Under the pieces are notes generated by a model. That model was not told the origin of the DNA, made no database searches, and worked only from the letters and a program-made list of their open reading frames with translations. A DNA stretch of 63,984 nucleotides, counting the filler, from Octopus bimaculoides (lineage: Eukaryota): NCBI RefSeq assembly GCF_001194135.2. It is 5 parts of 5 records of this genome, joined end to end, with 100 filler letters (N's around TTAATTAATTAA, not from the genome) between each part and the next. Parts side by side here need not be neighbours in the genome. Positions count along the whole stretch, not along the records: positions 1 to 16,989 come from NC_068983.1; positions 17,090 to 19,789 come from NW_026329102.1; positions 19,890 to 45,869 come from NC_069006.1; 2 more parts are not named here. One strand, written 5' to 3'. This document shows, piece after piece, positions 12,421-26,299 of this stretch. A program made the translations under genes and the position numbers. The stretch's first letter is position 1. Every line of letters begins with the position of its first letter.

Positions 12421-13669
12421 CATATATATACATGTATGCATACATATGTGGTATTTTTTATACCTTCTTATATCCTTTCAGATTTTTTCATAATGTCCGT
12501 AATTTTTATATAAGTATGTCTTTTCAATGTTTTTAAATAAATTTACCTGATATAGAAATATTTATCGTATTTTTTTACCCTTTAAACTGTGTACCCCTAT
12601 TCGGATGATACCTGCATTTAATTATAGGTTCTTTGTTGAATAGTTTTAGCATGGCCAGCTTAACAATATGCTAGGAAGAAGCATGTTTTTTCTTATGTAT
12701 AAAAGTACCCCACTTTTAAGGCTTAGGTTGATTCTTCTATTCTTTTTCTCTTACTGGGTTTTTAAATCCTTTTTCTAAATTTAAATATTTTAATATATGA
12801 ATTTTGCTAAGTTTGGGTACACATGTTTTCCCGTACTTTTAATTCCCATACACAGATCTCATTGTGACCTCTTTTGTTTTCCAATTTTGGCCCTTTTTAT
12901 TTGATAATCATATGTTAAGTCACCCTAGTCTTTCCTCTTTCTGGTTCTCACCTCTTCTCTGTATATCATTATCTTACGAGCAACTTATGAGACATATTCT
13001 TTGATGTAGATATGGCTGGTTTTATGTTCTGAGTAAAATAGGAGCAGAGGAGAGTATCTGGCATTAATTAATTTATTACCACTACCAAGAATTAAAATCC
13101 CAATGGATTTAATTCTAAGGAGTTGTAGACTACATGCTGCATTGAGTCTTTTGAATGTGATAAAGATAAAGATGAATGTAGCTATATCACCATTCCTCTT
13201 TCTTGCCCCACCCATTATTTTCTTCTGCCACTCGAAATTATAGTAGGCTTCAAATATATTTTCCCTAAATTCATTCTGCCATAAAAATAGTGAAGAGAAG
13301 CAATGTAATTATTTTAGTCTCTAGTACTGATGAAAGATTTGCTAAAAACAGAATATAATGGTGTATCCTGCATGTTGGAAATCTCTATGGTCATCAGCAT
13401 TCGAGTAGAGCGGTTTATTTCAAATTGATGCAATGTTTTCATTGATTGATTAAATGGAGCCACTTGGAACGGCCGTAATGCACTGATACCTGGACATCCC
13501 TGTTACTAATTTGCTCCTTATTCACCTAACTTTGAGCTGCGCGGACCATACCGGACTGACTTGGTGCCTCAACTTAAGGACCTAATTCAACTGATTCTTA
13601 ATTATTTCTGACACACACACACACATGTATAGTAAATGCCCCAAAAAAGAAGATCAAACACACACAAAA

Positions 13670-14410
13670 AAAACAACAACGCGAGGACGTGGTACATGTA
13701 AAGTATTAGCAGACGCTCATGGAAGAAACGAAAGGTGGTTTAACATGTCGAGCAACGCTCTTCTTCAGAAACAAAGGAAAGTCCAATAGAAAAGAAGACG
13801 GAGGAAGAAAATCGCCAACGATTCACATGTGGTTGTAGATATACACATACAAACCCCTATGATCATTAACACATAACCCTCTATATCTCCCATATCGCTA
13901 TATCTCTTATTTTTACCTATCTCTTACATCTCTTCTACCTACCTTACCTCATCATTGAGATAAATATTAATTTTTTAATTAATCCTTAATTTATTTCTAA
14001 ACCTTAACCCAATAAATACCCTAATATCTAATTAACTCCCATAAATAATTTAACATTCAACAAGCTCCTCTATTCACGACTACCTACACACCCAGAACCC
14101 CTTTGCTAAAAATAATTCTACAGCCATTAACCATAGCCAAAACGGGCATAAGCATTTACTAGTAGATTTCCTCCCCAACACCTATAGACGTTAAGACTAC
14201 CACAGACACCTACTACTCTCTTTAAATTCCTTTCATTTTTTTCTATTTTTTTGCCCTATTTTCTTCTACCTCCTCATCCTCTCTCTTATCTTCTCGGCTA
14301 CTCAGTACACAATTCTTATACACCTATATACCATAGTCATTTTCCCTGTCTATGATGACGGAATATCCCAGAAACATCTGTAAAACTTTGAATTTTTTCC
14401 AATAATAATT
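13670..14410. mobile_element. Penelope-type terminal repeat fragments, back to back
   Basis: Decayed hammerhead-like terminal motifs at 13738-13772 (minus) and ~14345-14378 (plus), with the pyrimidine-rich tail typical of these repeats. Confidence 0.45.
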
Positions 14411-14543
14411 GAGATGTTTGCCTTGCCTTAATGTTTGTTGTCCTCTTTAACAATTATACATATTTGTATATATAAATGGCACAACTCAGTCAATGCTGTT
14501 GACTATGTTTTAGTTAAAGCTATGGCTATAATTCTGTCCATAG

Positions 14544-14679
14544 TTACCTCTCTTTGGTATTTCCCATTGATGATGGCTAAAGAATTAGAAACGCGTCTAG
14601 GAATCCGACAGGGGGTGCGCTGGACAGATATGGCGTTTTTATACCTTTTTTACTCTAAGAGAGAATTTTTTCCTCTATG
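14544..14679 (+). CDS. Candidate internal exon, unknown protein (TSLWYFPLMMAKELETRLGIRQGVRWTDMAFLYLFYSKREFFPL)
   Basis: Acceptor attctgtccatag, donor ATG|gtaaca, 136 nt open in phase 1 to 2, GC-richer unique sequence, phase-compatible with 17318-17395. Confidence 0.35.
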
Positions 14680-14913
14680 GTAACAGCAGTGAAGTTGCCT
14701 TTGGGAGGTGAAATATGTCACAAACATATCTTAACTACCCTAAAATTCACTTAAGGCTAAACAGTACTTGGCGCTGAAACTGCAGTAACACACACACATA
14801 TATATGTATGCATATGGTGGGCTTGTCACAAGGCTTTGGTAGCTAGAAACCATGTGGTTGGGAAGCAAATTTTTTATATCATATCATATACACATTATAT
14901 ATGTATACATATA

Positions 14914-14947
<34 letters not shown>

Positions 14948-14951
14948 TGTT

Positions 14952-15001
<50 letters not shown>

Positions 15002-15553
15002 ATATATCTGTGCGTGTGTATCAGAATATATATATGATATATATGTGCATATGTTTGTAAGTGCCTTTGATTTATCAACATACATCACCCATAACAGAGC
15101 ACCCACAATCCTCCTAATCATTATCACTTCTGTTAACATTGTTATTAATAACACTAACACTAATGAACAACAGCTGTGACAACATAAACAACAGTAATGA
15201 GGATAAACAATAGCAATACAGAAACCCTGGAAAACATAATTACAGCAAAGAGTGGAATGGACGACACAGATGCATGAGAAAAAGTATGAGAAAGAAAACG
15301 GAAGAGAGGGAGCAAAAATGAAAGAAGGGGCAGTGTACTTATTTTGTTTTCCATTCTAAATATATTACTTCATTATTAGATAAGTTAATAACTAAATAGA
15401 GGTTCCTGGCTCTTCTTGGTGAGGGTTGGGTGGTAACTGTCGTTATGTTGTATGTAAAGAGTCAAGTACTTGCTTCATTAGTGATTAATTACTATTTACT
15501 TTATATTCAGAAAAAAGAAAAAAAATGTAAGGAAAATAAAAAAGAAAATAAAA

Positions 15554-15960
15554 GGCATAGGAGTGGCTGTGTGGTAAGTAGCTTGCTTACCAACCACATT
15601 GTTCCGGGTTCAGTCCCACTGCGTGGCATCTTGGGTAAGTGTCTTCTACTATAGCTTCAGGCCGACCAAAGCCTTGTGAGTGGATTTGGTAGATGGAAAC
15701 TGAAAGAATCCCGTCGTATATATGTATATGTATATGTGTATGTATATGTTTGTGTGTTTGTCCCTACCAACATCGCTTGACAACCGATGCTGGTGTGCTT
15801 ACGTCCCCGTAACTTACCGGTTCGCCAAAAGAGACCGATAGAATAAGTACTAGGCTTCCAAAGAATAAGTCCTGGGGTCGATTTGCTTGACTAAAGCCAG
15901 TGCTCCAGCATGGCCACAGTCAAATGACTGAAACAAGTAAAAGAGTAAAGAGTAAAAGAG
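15554..15960 (+). mobile_element. tRNA-derived SINE, family A, full length
   Basis: Complete head, body and gtaaaagag tail. Further copies or fragments at ~19960-20200, 20465-20860, 21883-21962, 26868-27180, 28955-29155, 39694-39860, 40330-40500, 46263-46555 and 51115-51250. Confidence 0.9.
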
Positions 15961-16639
15961 AGAGCCCTGCCAAGGGCTTCCACCCACATCTACCCATACA
16001 ACAAAATTCTGATCCATCTATGCAATGTACATGTGTGTGTGTGTCTGTGTGCTTGAGGAGGGTTGGAAGGAGTTTATTGAGACAGGTGTTCTACAGCTGG
16101 ATGCCCTTTCCGTTACTGACTCTTGCCTGTTTTCATGCAAGGTAATATTTCTCCATTTCTCCATATTTCTTTCATAGAATATTTGAAATGAATGACACTC
16201 AGAAGAATTACATGACACCAAGAAGATTTGGTGGTTGTCTTCAGCTCAAATCTTATGGGAAGGTATTGAAACTGAATGCAAACATGCCTAGCAAAAACAA
16301 AAAAAGTCTATCTACTGTATAAAATACCTACAATGCAATGAGAATTACATTGGAGAAACAGGAACAAAACTAACCAGCTGTGTGAATGTGCACAAAAAGC
16401 AAATTAAAGAGTCATCTCTTAGAAATGTTCCATATAGTAAATATCTAGAGATAACAGATGAAAACAATCAACTAAGAAAGGGAAAAGAGTACTTTATAAG
16501 AACTCTCAATCTAAAATAATACCAAAAATAGCAAACACCATTACTAAAAATAATCTTTTCTAGACAGACCAGAATATGTCTTTGAAAAGTTGAACAATGA
16601 AAGCCCTTACACACAAAATAGACACCATATAAAAACTTC

Positions 16640-16922
16640 TACTGAAGGGTTGGTTCTGGACTGGCTCCTGTGCAGGTGGCACATAAAAAACACCACTTGA
16701 GCATAGGCGTTGCCAGTACGTCTGACTGGCCCTCGTGCTGGTGGCACATAAAAGCACCCACTACACTCTCGGAGTGGTTGGCGTTAGGAAGGGCATCGAG
16801 CTGTAGAAACTCTGCAAGTTAAGATTGGAGACTAGTGCAGCCATCTGGTTCACCAGTCCTCAGTCAAATCGTCCAACCCATGCTATCATGGAAAGCGGAC
16901 ATTAAACGATGATGATGATGAT
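16640..16922. mobile_element. RTE-tail-type SINE ending in (GAT)n
   Basis: Reverse complement of the 10208 and 34088 copies. Confidence 0.8.
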
Positions 16923-17203
16923 ACATATACTTACACACACACACATACATATATATACACACACACACATATATATATATACACACACANNNNNNNNNNN
17001 NNNNNNNNNNNNNNNNNNNNNNNNNNNNNNNNNTTAATTAATTAANNNNNNNNNNNNNNNNNNNNNNNNNNNNNNNNNNNNNNNNNNNNAACTGTTGGAA
17101 ATCCACTTGCGCTGTTAGTGTTATTATATTTAGCTCTACGTTATTTGTTGAGGACCATCTCTTAACATTTCTATTAACAAAATGTATGCGTGCGTTTGTG
17201 CGT

Positions 17204-17235
<32 letters not shown>

Positions 17236-17317
17236 TTGTGTGTGTATGTGTGTGTGTGTGTGTGTGTGTACGTGAATGTATGTACAGGTGAAACGTCTAC
17301 AAAATAATCCTCTTTAG

Positions 17318-17395
17318 CGTTGATATTCACAAGCAAGCTGATTTGTTTCTTGACAAAAGGAATCCCAGTTCGTTATGGGGAATGAGAGCCCGCAG
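17318..17395 (+). CDS. Candidate internal exon (VDIHKQADLFLDKRNPSSLWGMRAR)
   Basis: Acceptor aatcctctttag, donor CAG|gtattc, 78 nt open in phase 2 to 2. Confidence 0.35.
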
Positions 17396-17626
17396 GTATT
17401 CTAAGCAGTGATTTTGCCGGAGCATTTATACCATAGCTTTCCTCAGAACACATAGGATTGCCTATTCGTATACTTTAGTTGTAAGATAGGGTCGGTAATG
17501 AGAATTACATAAAGGTTGTAGAATCGCAAGTTCGTCTCTGTTGTTTCAAAATGATGATTATTTATTTTGTTGTTAACCTCTACCAGAATCTGAGTTTAAA
17601 ACATAGAGACACGTTACAAAACATAC

Positions 17627-17660
<34 letters not shown>

Positions 17661-18380
17661 NNNNNNNNNNNNNNNNNNNNNNNNNNNNNNNNNNNNNNNN
17701 NNNNNNNNNNNNNNNNNNNNNNNNNNNNNNNNNNNNNNNNNNNNNNNNNNNNNNNNNNNNNNNNNNNNNNNNNNNNNNNNNNNNNNNNNNNNNNNNNNNN
17801 NNNNNNNNNNNNNNNNNNNNNNNNNNNNNNNNNNNNNNNNNNNNNNNNNNNNNNNNNNNNNNNNNNNNNNNNNNNNNNNNNNNNNNNNNNNNNNNNNNNN
17901 NNNNNNNNNNNNNNNNNNNNNNNNNNNNNNNNNNNNNNNNNNNNNNNNNNNNNNNNNNNNNNNNNNNNNNNNNNNNNNNNNNNNNNNNNNNNNNNNNNNN
18001 NNNNNNNNNNNNNNNNNNNNNNNNNNNNNNNNNNNNNNNNNNNNNNNNNNNNNNNNNNNNNNNNNNNNNNNNNNNNNNNNNNNNNNNNNNNNNNNNNNNN
18101 NNNNNNNNNNNNNNNNNNNNNNNNNNNNNNNNNNNNNNNNNNNNNNNNNNNNNNNNNNNNNNNNNNNNNNNNNNNNNNNNNNNNNNNNNNNNNNNNNNNN
18201 NNNNNNNNNNNNNNNNNNNNNNNNNNNNNNNNNNNNNNNNNNNNNNNNNNNNNNNNNNNNNNNNNNNNNNNNNNNNNNNNNNNNNNNNNNNNNNNNNNNN
18301 NNNNNNNNNNNNNNNNNNNNNNNNCAGTTATCAGTTTCGGGATCAGAAAATCAGTTCATCACACTAAAAGACAAAATTAA

Positions 18381-18401
18381 GCAAATAATAATAATAATAA
18401 C

Positions 18402-18457
<56 letters not shown>

Positions 18458-18560
18458 CGACGATGACGATGACGATGATGATGATGATAATAATAATGAT
18501 AATGATGATAATAATAATAATAATAATAACAACAACAACAACAACAACAGCAACAACAAC

Positions 18561-18620
<60 letters not shown>

Positions 18621-18625
18621 AATGA
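18381..18625. repeat. Compound trinucleotide microsatellite (AAT/GAT/GAC/AAC)n
   Basis: Directly visible. Source of the poly-M/I/T/Y ORFs. Confidence 0.95.
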
Positions 18626-19758
18626 ATAAATATAAAAGAGGAAAAAAAGAAGCTAAATCTCTTCAAGTAAGGAATTGAAATGAAAATTGTAATGACTGAG
18701 TGACAAGAAATAGAATATGTTATCACGACTTCTCAGCATCATCCGGGTACTTGTTGACTAATCTGAAGTATCAAATGTTAGCTAAATGTATATGTAACGA
18801 AATATTTAGAGATAATGATGAATCAGAAGATAATAGAACCAGGTATATTCATAATTAGCAGTTCTTGTCCTCTATCAAATCACGTAGAAAGAAAATTTAG
18901 TCTAATGTAATTAAAGAACGTTTTATTGGACAGAGGATAAAAAGCTTCAAGATGTATGAATTAATTGTTTATCCGAGCTTCAGAATATATGAATCGTTTC
19001 AGTAATGAAATAGTAAGATCTGATAAGGAGTTAGTTTAAATAAACTGAGGTGCTTTATTCAAAGAAATTTTGTTGTTTAAAAACAAGAAACAAACGGTTC
19101 ATACTTAAAAACCTTATTGGCAAAACTGAAATTCTGAATACGAAAATAATAATAATAAAATGTTACTTACATCAATGAAATCAGATTCATACATTGTATA
19201 TTTGCTCTTATTAATTAAAATAATACTGATATATTATTCTACATAAATCTACATTTACATATGATAAAATAATTAAGTTATAAAATTGATATCAGCTATT
19301 GATAACGCAAAAACATAATCCGAGATTCGTATTTCTCTCCCATTGAAATTCATCAAGTCATCCATAGCTCCGCGACAGAGCAAAAACTAGTAATATATTC
19401 CCGTCTGTTACATAGATTTTTTTTCTTCTTTTTTAGGTATGTCCACTTAACATAAAGTATTTTAATGGCTCGCCATCTCAACAAAAAGTCGGTTAATTTA
19501 GATACTGCTCAACTGAGTTTAATCTGCTTTTCGCATTTTTTTTTAATCTGCTTAGTCTAGATCAACGCCTTACAAGTTGACCAAAGCTGACACTCTTTAG
19601 ATTTGATTCAAAACCATTGCTCCATAATTCTGCACCGACGATTCAGGTTTCTTTTTTCATTTTTGATACATATAAGCCCTTAATCATATATTAGAAGGAT
19701 ACCCGTGAAACTTTCCTTATGCCATCATACTAAGGCAACATAATACACAACTGAATAG

Positions 19759-19789
<31 letters not shown>

Positions 19790-19889
19790 NNNNNNNNNNN
19801 NNNNNNNNNNNNNNNNNNNNNNNNNNNNNNNNNTTAATTAATTAANNNNNNNNNNNNNNNNNNNNNNNNNNNNNNNNNNNNNNNNNNNN

Positions 19890-19958
<69 letters not shown>

Positions 19959-20429
19959 ATGGCGCAGCCATGGCAGTGTAGTAAGAAATTTGCTATGGAA
20001 CCACATGGTCCCAGATTCAGTCCTACTGTGTGGCACCTTTGGCAAGTATATTCTTCTATAAAATTGGGTCAACCTTGTACATGGATTTGGTTAACGGAAA
20101 CTGAAAGAAGCCCATCGTATATGTGTGTATGTGTATGACTTTGTGTCTGTATATACGTGTGTGTATGTGTGTGTGTGTGTGCATATGTGTGCATGTGTGT
20201 TTGTGTATATATAGAGAGAGATATTTATGGAATCTGGAAATCAAAACTGGCTTATGAGACTATAGATATTCAGTAATGTGCATGTGTGTACACACACGCA
20301 CACACACACACACACACACACATATTGTATACACACATACAAATATATATACATATATATATATACACACACACACATACATACACACATACATACATAC
20401 ACACACACATACATACATACACACATACA

Positions 20430-20463
<34 letters not shown>

Positions 20464-22202
20464 AGGCACAGGTGTGGCTGTGTGGTAAGACGTTTGCTTC
20501 CCAATCACATGGTTCCAGGTTCAGTCCTACTGCATGGCACCTTGGGCAAGTCTCTTCTACTGTAGCCTCAGACCAACCAAAGCTTTGTAAGTGAATTTGG
20601 CAGACAGAAACTGAAAAAAGCCTGTCATATGTGTGTGTGTGTGTGTTGGTGTTTGTCCTCTACCACCACTAGACAACCAGTGTTGGTTTGTTTACATTCC
20701 CAGAGCTTAGTGGTTTGGCAAAAAAGACTGATAGAATAAGTACCAGGCTTAAAAAAAAAAAAGAAAGTACTGGGGTTGATTCATTTGACTAAAAAGTCTT
20801 CAAGTTGGTGCCCCAGCATGACCACAGTCAAGTGACTGACACAAGTAAAAGAAAAAAGAAAAGAATTAAAGAATACATATATACTCATACATATATGCAT
20901 ATGTACACACACACGCACACACACATATATGCATGCACACACACACACCCAGATATAAATGCATATATATACATACATAAATATATTTGAATATATTTAC
21001 ATATGTGGAATGTATGAGACTATGAATTCACATTATAATATTACCTATTTATGTAGATTTTTACCTGAAAATCTTCCGAAAGGTAGTCAAACTAGACGTA
21101 GACAAAGGCAAAACAAATTCTATCAACACCGTATTTGTTCATAGTTTTTGTTTCTTTTCTTCCACATAGCTTAAAACAAACTGTGACTAATTTATCCTAA
21201 ATAAATCCAGCTTTACTCTTCTTATAAGACATAAAAATATTATAATTGATTCAAGTTATTGTTTGTTCTCATATACCTGTATAGACTCTCAGGTTATCAA
21301 CAGACTTGTGTGTGTAAAATTGATTACTTTTCCCAATCTCCCCTACTCCATCTCAGGCTCTTCTCCATGGTACCAGTGCAACTGGTTTAGACGGCTTCAT
21401 AAAATTATTGAATACATGATTCACACACACATAAGCTCATCTGTTTTTGCTCTTTGTTGTTGTTGTTTTTCATCGTTTTTCATATGCTTCAGCTAGCACA
21501 ATGTTTCATTGTCCTCTGGTGTTGTGTTTTAGTTTGAATGTTTTACTCAGATTTTTTTGTGAGTTTAGACCCTGTAGGAGTAATTTCGTGAGCAGTAGTG
21601 AGGGGCTTAATCGATAAATTGCCAAACAAAACACATAAAAGGGTATATTAACACTTATTCTGTGAATGGTTTCAGAACTGTTTTTTTTTTCTTTTTTCTT
21701 TTCTATATCATAAAACTTCACAATTACAAAATCATTTACCCACTTCAACCCTTTCAGAGTCCCTTCCTCACCTCTATGTTCTTTGGCACTCATGTATATA
21801 AGACTTGTAGTGTGTGTGTGTGTGTGTGTGTGTGCAGACAGTAGTTAAGATAAGACCCAATATCACATCTTTCTTCACCATAGGCACAGGAGTGGCTGCA
21901 TGGTAAGTAGCTTGCTTACCAGCCACAAGGTTCCGGGTTCAGTCCCACTGCGCGGCATCTTGTGGCTGTTGTTGTACTCGTGTTTGTTTATCCCACATCC
22001 GGTCAGTCCCAGATTTGGCTGTTATTTCTAGCAGGTCAATGGCTTGAATTCTATGCAGGTGTGAATCCCATGATCAAAACATTTATTTCTCAGTGGCCCA
22101 GTCCATGTTACTCAGTATAATAAATGGTCTTGTCCATTTTGTTGTAAAAGGGTACAGCAGTGTAGTATAATGGACCAATCCACGTTCTCAAAAGAGTATG
22201 CC

Positions 22203-22729
22203 ATAGTGTGGTACACTGGACCAGTTCATATTGCTGTAACTAGGTGTCACAGTGTGGTACACTGGACCAGTTCATATTGCTGTAAGCAGGTGTCACAGTG
22301 TGGTACACTGGACCAGTTCATATTGCTGTAAGCAGGTGTCACAGTGTGGTACACTGGACCAGTTCNNNNNNNNNNNNNNNNNNNNNNNNNNNNNNNNNNN
22401 NNNNNNNNNNNNNNNNNNNNNNNNNNNNNNNNNNNNNNNNNNNNNNNNNNNNNNNNNNNNNNNNNNNNNNNNNNNNNNNNNNNNNNNNNNNNNNNNNNNN
22501 NNNNNNNNNNNNNNNNNNNNNNNNNNNNNNNNNNNNNNNNNNNNNNNNNNNNNNNNNNNNNNNNNNNNNNNNNTAGGTGTCACAGTGTGGTACACTGGAC
22601 CAGTTCATATTGCTGTAAGCAGGTGTCACAGTGTGGTACACTGGACCAGTTCATATTGCTGTAAGCAGGCGTCACAGTGTGGTACACTGGACCAGTTCAT
22701 ATTGCTGTAAGCAGGTGTCGCAGTGTGGT
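22203..22729. repeat. 46-bp minisatellite (gtgtcacagtgtggtacactggaccagttcatattgctgtaagcag)n, partly collapsed into a gap
   Basis: Unit starts at 22244, 22290, 22336, then 22577, 22623, 22669 and 22715, with an N gap at 22366-22573. Confidence 0.95.
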
Positions 22730-22989
22730 AGAATCTATTTCACTGCCTTACAGTACTGTGTCTAACTCCTTCTGTCTTTATAGAAGCTCACACTATATTT
22801 TATAAGAGCTATGGAGACTTGTGACTTGTGATATAACTAATCTTTGATGCCCGTCTGTCTCACCCTCCCTCACCTCTCTCTCTTAGTTCCTGCTTATTTT
22901 CAATTCTTATTGATTCTGTTGATCTTGTTTGGTTCCAAAGAATGATTTCCTTAGTGCTGCATTGTCCAGTATAGTCCGGTTGTCTTTGG

Positions 22990-23265
22990 CTTGCTCAGTA
23001 GCCACATGGAGGGACTTTCATTTTCCTTCTCTGTCTCTCTCTTTGTTTTTCTTTTTTCTCTCTTGTCCTCTCTCTTTCTTTATCTTTCTTTCCTTCTCTC
23101 TCTCATTCTTTCTCTTTCTGTCTATCTCTTTCTTTATGTTTGCTTCTTTCTCTCATTCTCTCTCTTTCTAGGTCGTTTGCAGTTTGTTTGCTTTTTTGTT
23201 TCTTTCCTTATTCCTTCCTTCTTCCTTCCTTCTTCCCTTTCTTCTTTCTTTCTTTTTCCATTGAT
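22990..23265. repeat. CT-rich low-complexity polypyrimidine tract
   Basis: Directly visible. Confidence 0.9.
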
Positions 23266-23597
23266 AGCTAAATAATATTATTTATAACTATTAATATAAA
23301 TAGTATCATTTATTTTAATGAAATGGTTAAAACTGGAATATCTTTGATAAGAAACCAACTGGATTCAGAGATGATCTTTCATCACTCTACTATGCCATGT
23401 TGTTCTCAACAAGATCATAAAAGCAGTGCTACTCTATCCCCGGGGGTCCATATCGCTTTAAGTGATCCATATAAGATTTTGTTGCTAAAACTTATGAGTC
23501 ATAAATTGATTAAACCTCAACAATACACAGAATACAGTTCTATATTTAAGAGATGAGGAATTATGTACATTATTTACATTTGACGGATATTTGTCGG

Positions 23598-25729
23598 ATA
23601 TTTGTCTAATATTCACACGCATCTATAAAACGAAAACGTTTGAGTTAATAACTGGCAAAAATGCATCTACATATACCAAGGGAGATAATTTTTGTTTCCC
23701 TCACCAGGAAGAGTTCCTTCCCTTGAACCGTACTATCCATTTGTTATCGTATTTCTATTGAAACATACTGCTTTTGTTTCGAATAAGTATTAAAATAATG
23801 TAGAATTCACTAAAATAGCACTTTCATTATTGGAACAGAAATTAACTAGAAATTTAAAACAGGAAGTTTGTGTTTTAGAAACGGGCGATCTACGGGTGGT
23901 AAATATCAAAGGAGTTTTCCTTTATATAATAATTATTTTGGTGGTAACATTTCCTCTATGGTTTGTCACAGCACAGCACCATATTCTCATCTAATATAAT
24001 TTTACTACAATAATTACAGCTCATCTAAAACTATTAACACCTACTGTTGTTGTTATTGATAAATTTTCAAAAGTAAATAGGTATTAAATAATAGCGGTAA
24101 CTAAACTATACACCCCTACTTTATAACTGTGAGGTCTTACACCGATACATGAATACAAAGTTAACTGATAGCCTGTCCTAAATATCAGATATACAGGACA
24201 TAAAATTCGCCAAGACACCTGATGAAATCTGGAGGGTATATCTGCTGAAATGTTGTGTTAACAACAAACAAGATGAGGACAGATATCCGTCAAATGTAAA
24301 TAATGTAAATAAATACACAGAATATTTTAACAATATCTTTATACAGTTCCTAATAGTATTTACTAATAAAAACGTAATAGGACTTTTTAAGCATCGATTG
24401 GCTTCGAGGGTCCTGCCAACCCAAGCTTACGCTGCTCGTCAGGCTGAGAAGAGCCAACTGTGAAGCTACAGGCCGCTCCCTGACAGTTTTGTCGCCGAAC
24501 CTGTAGCAGTGGAGACCTCCGGCTTTCTCATCCCATCTCTCGGACTATATCCTTTTATATTGCGATAAGAGCGGAGACGACCATCTCTAAGTGTGAGCCC
24601 CGCAAATAGATGTAGCTGTTCCAGCGCATCTCCCTCGTCAGCCTCCAGGACAACGCCTTTTCCGTTTTGTTCGCCGAGACCATGAGACACGACACACTAA
24701 CAAGACTTTTAGTAATAGCTGTTGCATTTCTTAAGATTACAGACTGAAAAACATTTTTTAATATTCACACGCATCTAAAAAACGAAAATATTTGAGTTAA
24801 TAACTGGCAAAAATGCATCTACATGTAACAAGGGAGAGAACTTTTGTTTCCCTCACTAGGAAGAGTTCCTTCCCTTGTACCGTACCATCCATTTGTTACC
24901 GTATTTCCCTTGAAACATACTGCTTTTGTTTCGAATAAATATTTAAATAATGTAGAATTTACTAAAATAGCACTTTCATTGTGAAGCTGATATTTGAAAC
25001 AGAAATTAACTGGAAATTTTGATAGAGACTTTTAATTTAGATAATTTTTAAAACAGGAAGTTTGTGTTTTAGAAACGGGCGATCTACGGGTGGTAAATAT
25101 CAAAGGAGTTTTCCTTTATCTAATAATTCTGCTGGTGGTGACATTTCTTCTATGATTTGTCACAGCACAGCACCATATTCTCATCTTATGTAATCTTACT
25201 ACAATAGTTACAGCTCATCTGAAACTATTAACACCTACTGTTGTTGTTATTGATAAATTTTCAAAAGTACAGCTACATCTATTTGCGGGACTCACACTTA
25301 CAGATGGTCGTCTCCGCTCTTATCGCAATATAAAAGGATATAGTCCGAGAGATGGGAAGAGAAAGCCGGAGGTCTCCACTGCTACAGGTTCGGCCACAAA
25401 ACTGTCAGGGAGCGGCCTGTAGTTTAACAGTTGGCTCTTCTCAGCCTGACGAGCAGCGTAAGCTTGGGTTGGCAGGACCCTCGAAGCCATTCGATGCTTA
25501 AAAAGTGCTATTATGTTTTTATTAGTAAATACTATTAGGAACTGTATAAAGATATTGTTATATATATTCTGTGTGTTTATTTTAATTATTTACATTTGAC
25601 GGATATTTGTCCTCATCTTGTTTGTTGTTAACACAACATTTCAGCTGATATACCCTCCAGCCTTCATCTTGGGGAAATTTCGAACCTGGGTTTTTATTCC
25701 TAAGGTATTATTCGATGTTGTTGTTGTTG

Positions 25730-25761
<32 letters not shown>

Positions 25762-26299
25762 CAGGTCACTGCCTTAAGATTACAGACTGAAAAACATTTT
25801 CTAATATTCGCATGCATGCGTAAAACGAAAATGTTTCAATAAAAAACTGACAAAAATGCATCTACATGTAACAAGGGAGAGAACTTTTGTTTCCCTCACT
25901 AGGAAGAGTTCCTTCCCTTGTACCGTACCATCCATTTGTTACCGTATTTCTATTGAAACATACTGCTTTTGTTTCGTATAAGTATTAAAATAATGTAGAA
26001 TTTATTAAAATAGCACTTCCATTATGAAGCTGGTATTTGGAACAGAAATTAACTAGAAATTTTGTTAGAGGGTTTTAATTAAGATAATTTTTAAAACAGG
26101 AAGTTTGTGTTTTAGAAACGGGCGATCTACGGGTGGTAAATATCAAAAGAGTTTTCCTTTATCTAATAATTGTCTTGGTGGTGACATTTCTTCTATGATT
26201 TGTCACAGCACAGCACCATATTCTCATCTTATGTAATCTTACTACAATAATTACAGCTCATTTGAAACTATTAACACCTACTGTTGTTGTTATTGATAA
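23598..26299 (+). repeat. Three direct copies of a ~470-510-bp unit (23598-24068, 24758-25268, 25800-26299)
   Basis: Shared blocks such as aaacaggaagtttgtgttttagaaacgggcgatctacgggtggtaaatatc and cacagcacagcaccatattctcatct appear in all three. Confidence 0.9.
24390..24690 (+). mobile_element. CRE/Hero-type (restriction-like endonuclease) non-LTR retrotransposon 3' fragment, partly duplicated in inverted orientation at 25269-25500
   Basis: Translations AYAARQAEKSQL*SYRPLPDSFVAEPVAVETSG and LFQRISLVSLQDNA match the F-x-P-x-AVETSG...LFQRISLAVQRGNA C-terminal motifs of these elements. Confidence 0.7.

Noticed and set aside
12600-13420. Purine-skewed, coding-like remnant on the minus strand, probably an old LINE
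   Set aside because: No diagnostic motif, so it cannot be classified.
17034-17045. TTAATTAATTAA island inside N runs (also 19834-19845, 45914-45925, 61830-61841)
   Set aside because: Each is flanked by exactly 44 N on both sides (100 bp total) and encodes stops in all six frames. This is an assembly gap placeholder, not biology.
17348-17395. DKRNPSSLWGMRARR as a possible tachykinin-like neuropeptide
   Set aside because: Lacks the FxGxR-G amidation signal. No signal peptide or repeated peptides seen.
22203-22729. CRISPR-like appearance of the palindromic 46-bp array
   Set aside because: Units are head-to-tail without unique spacers, there are no cas genes, and the context is eukaryotic.
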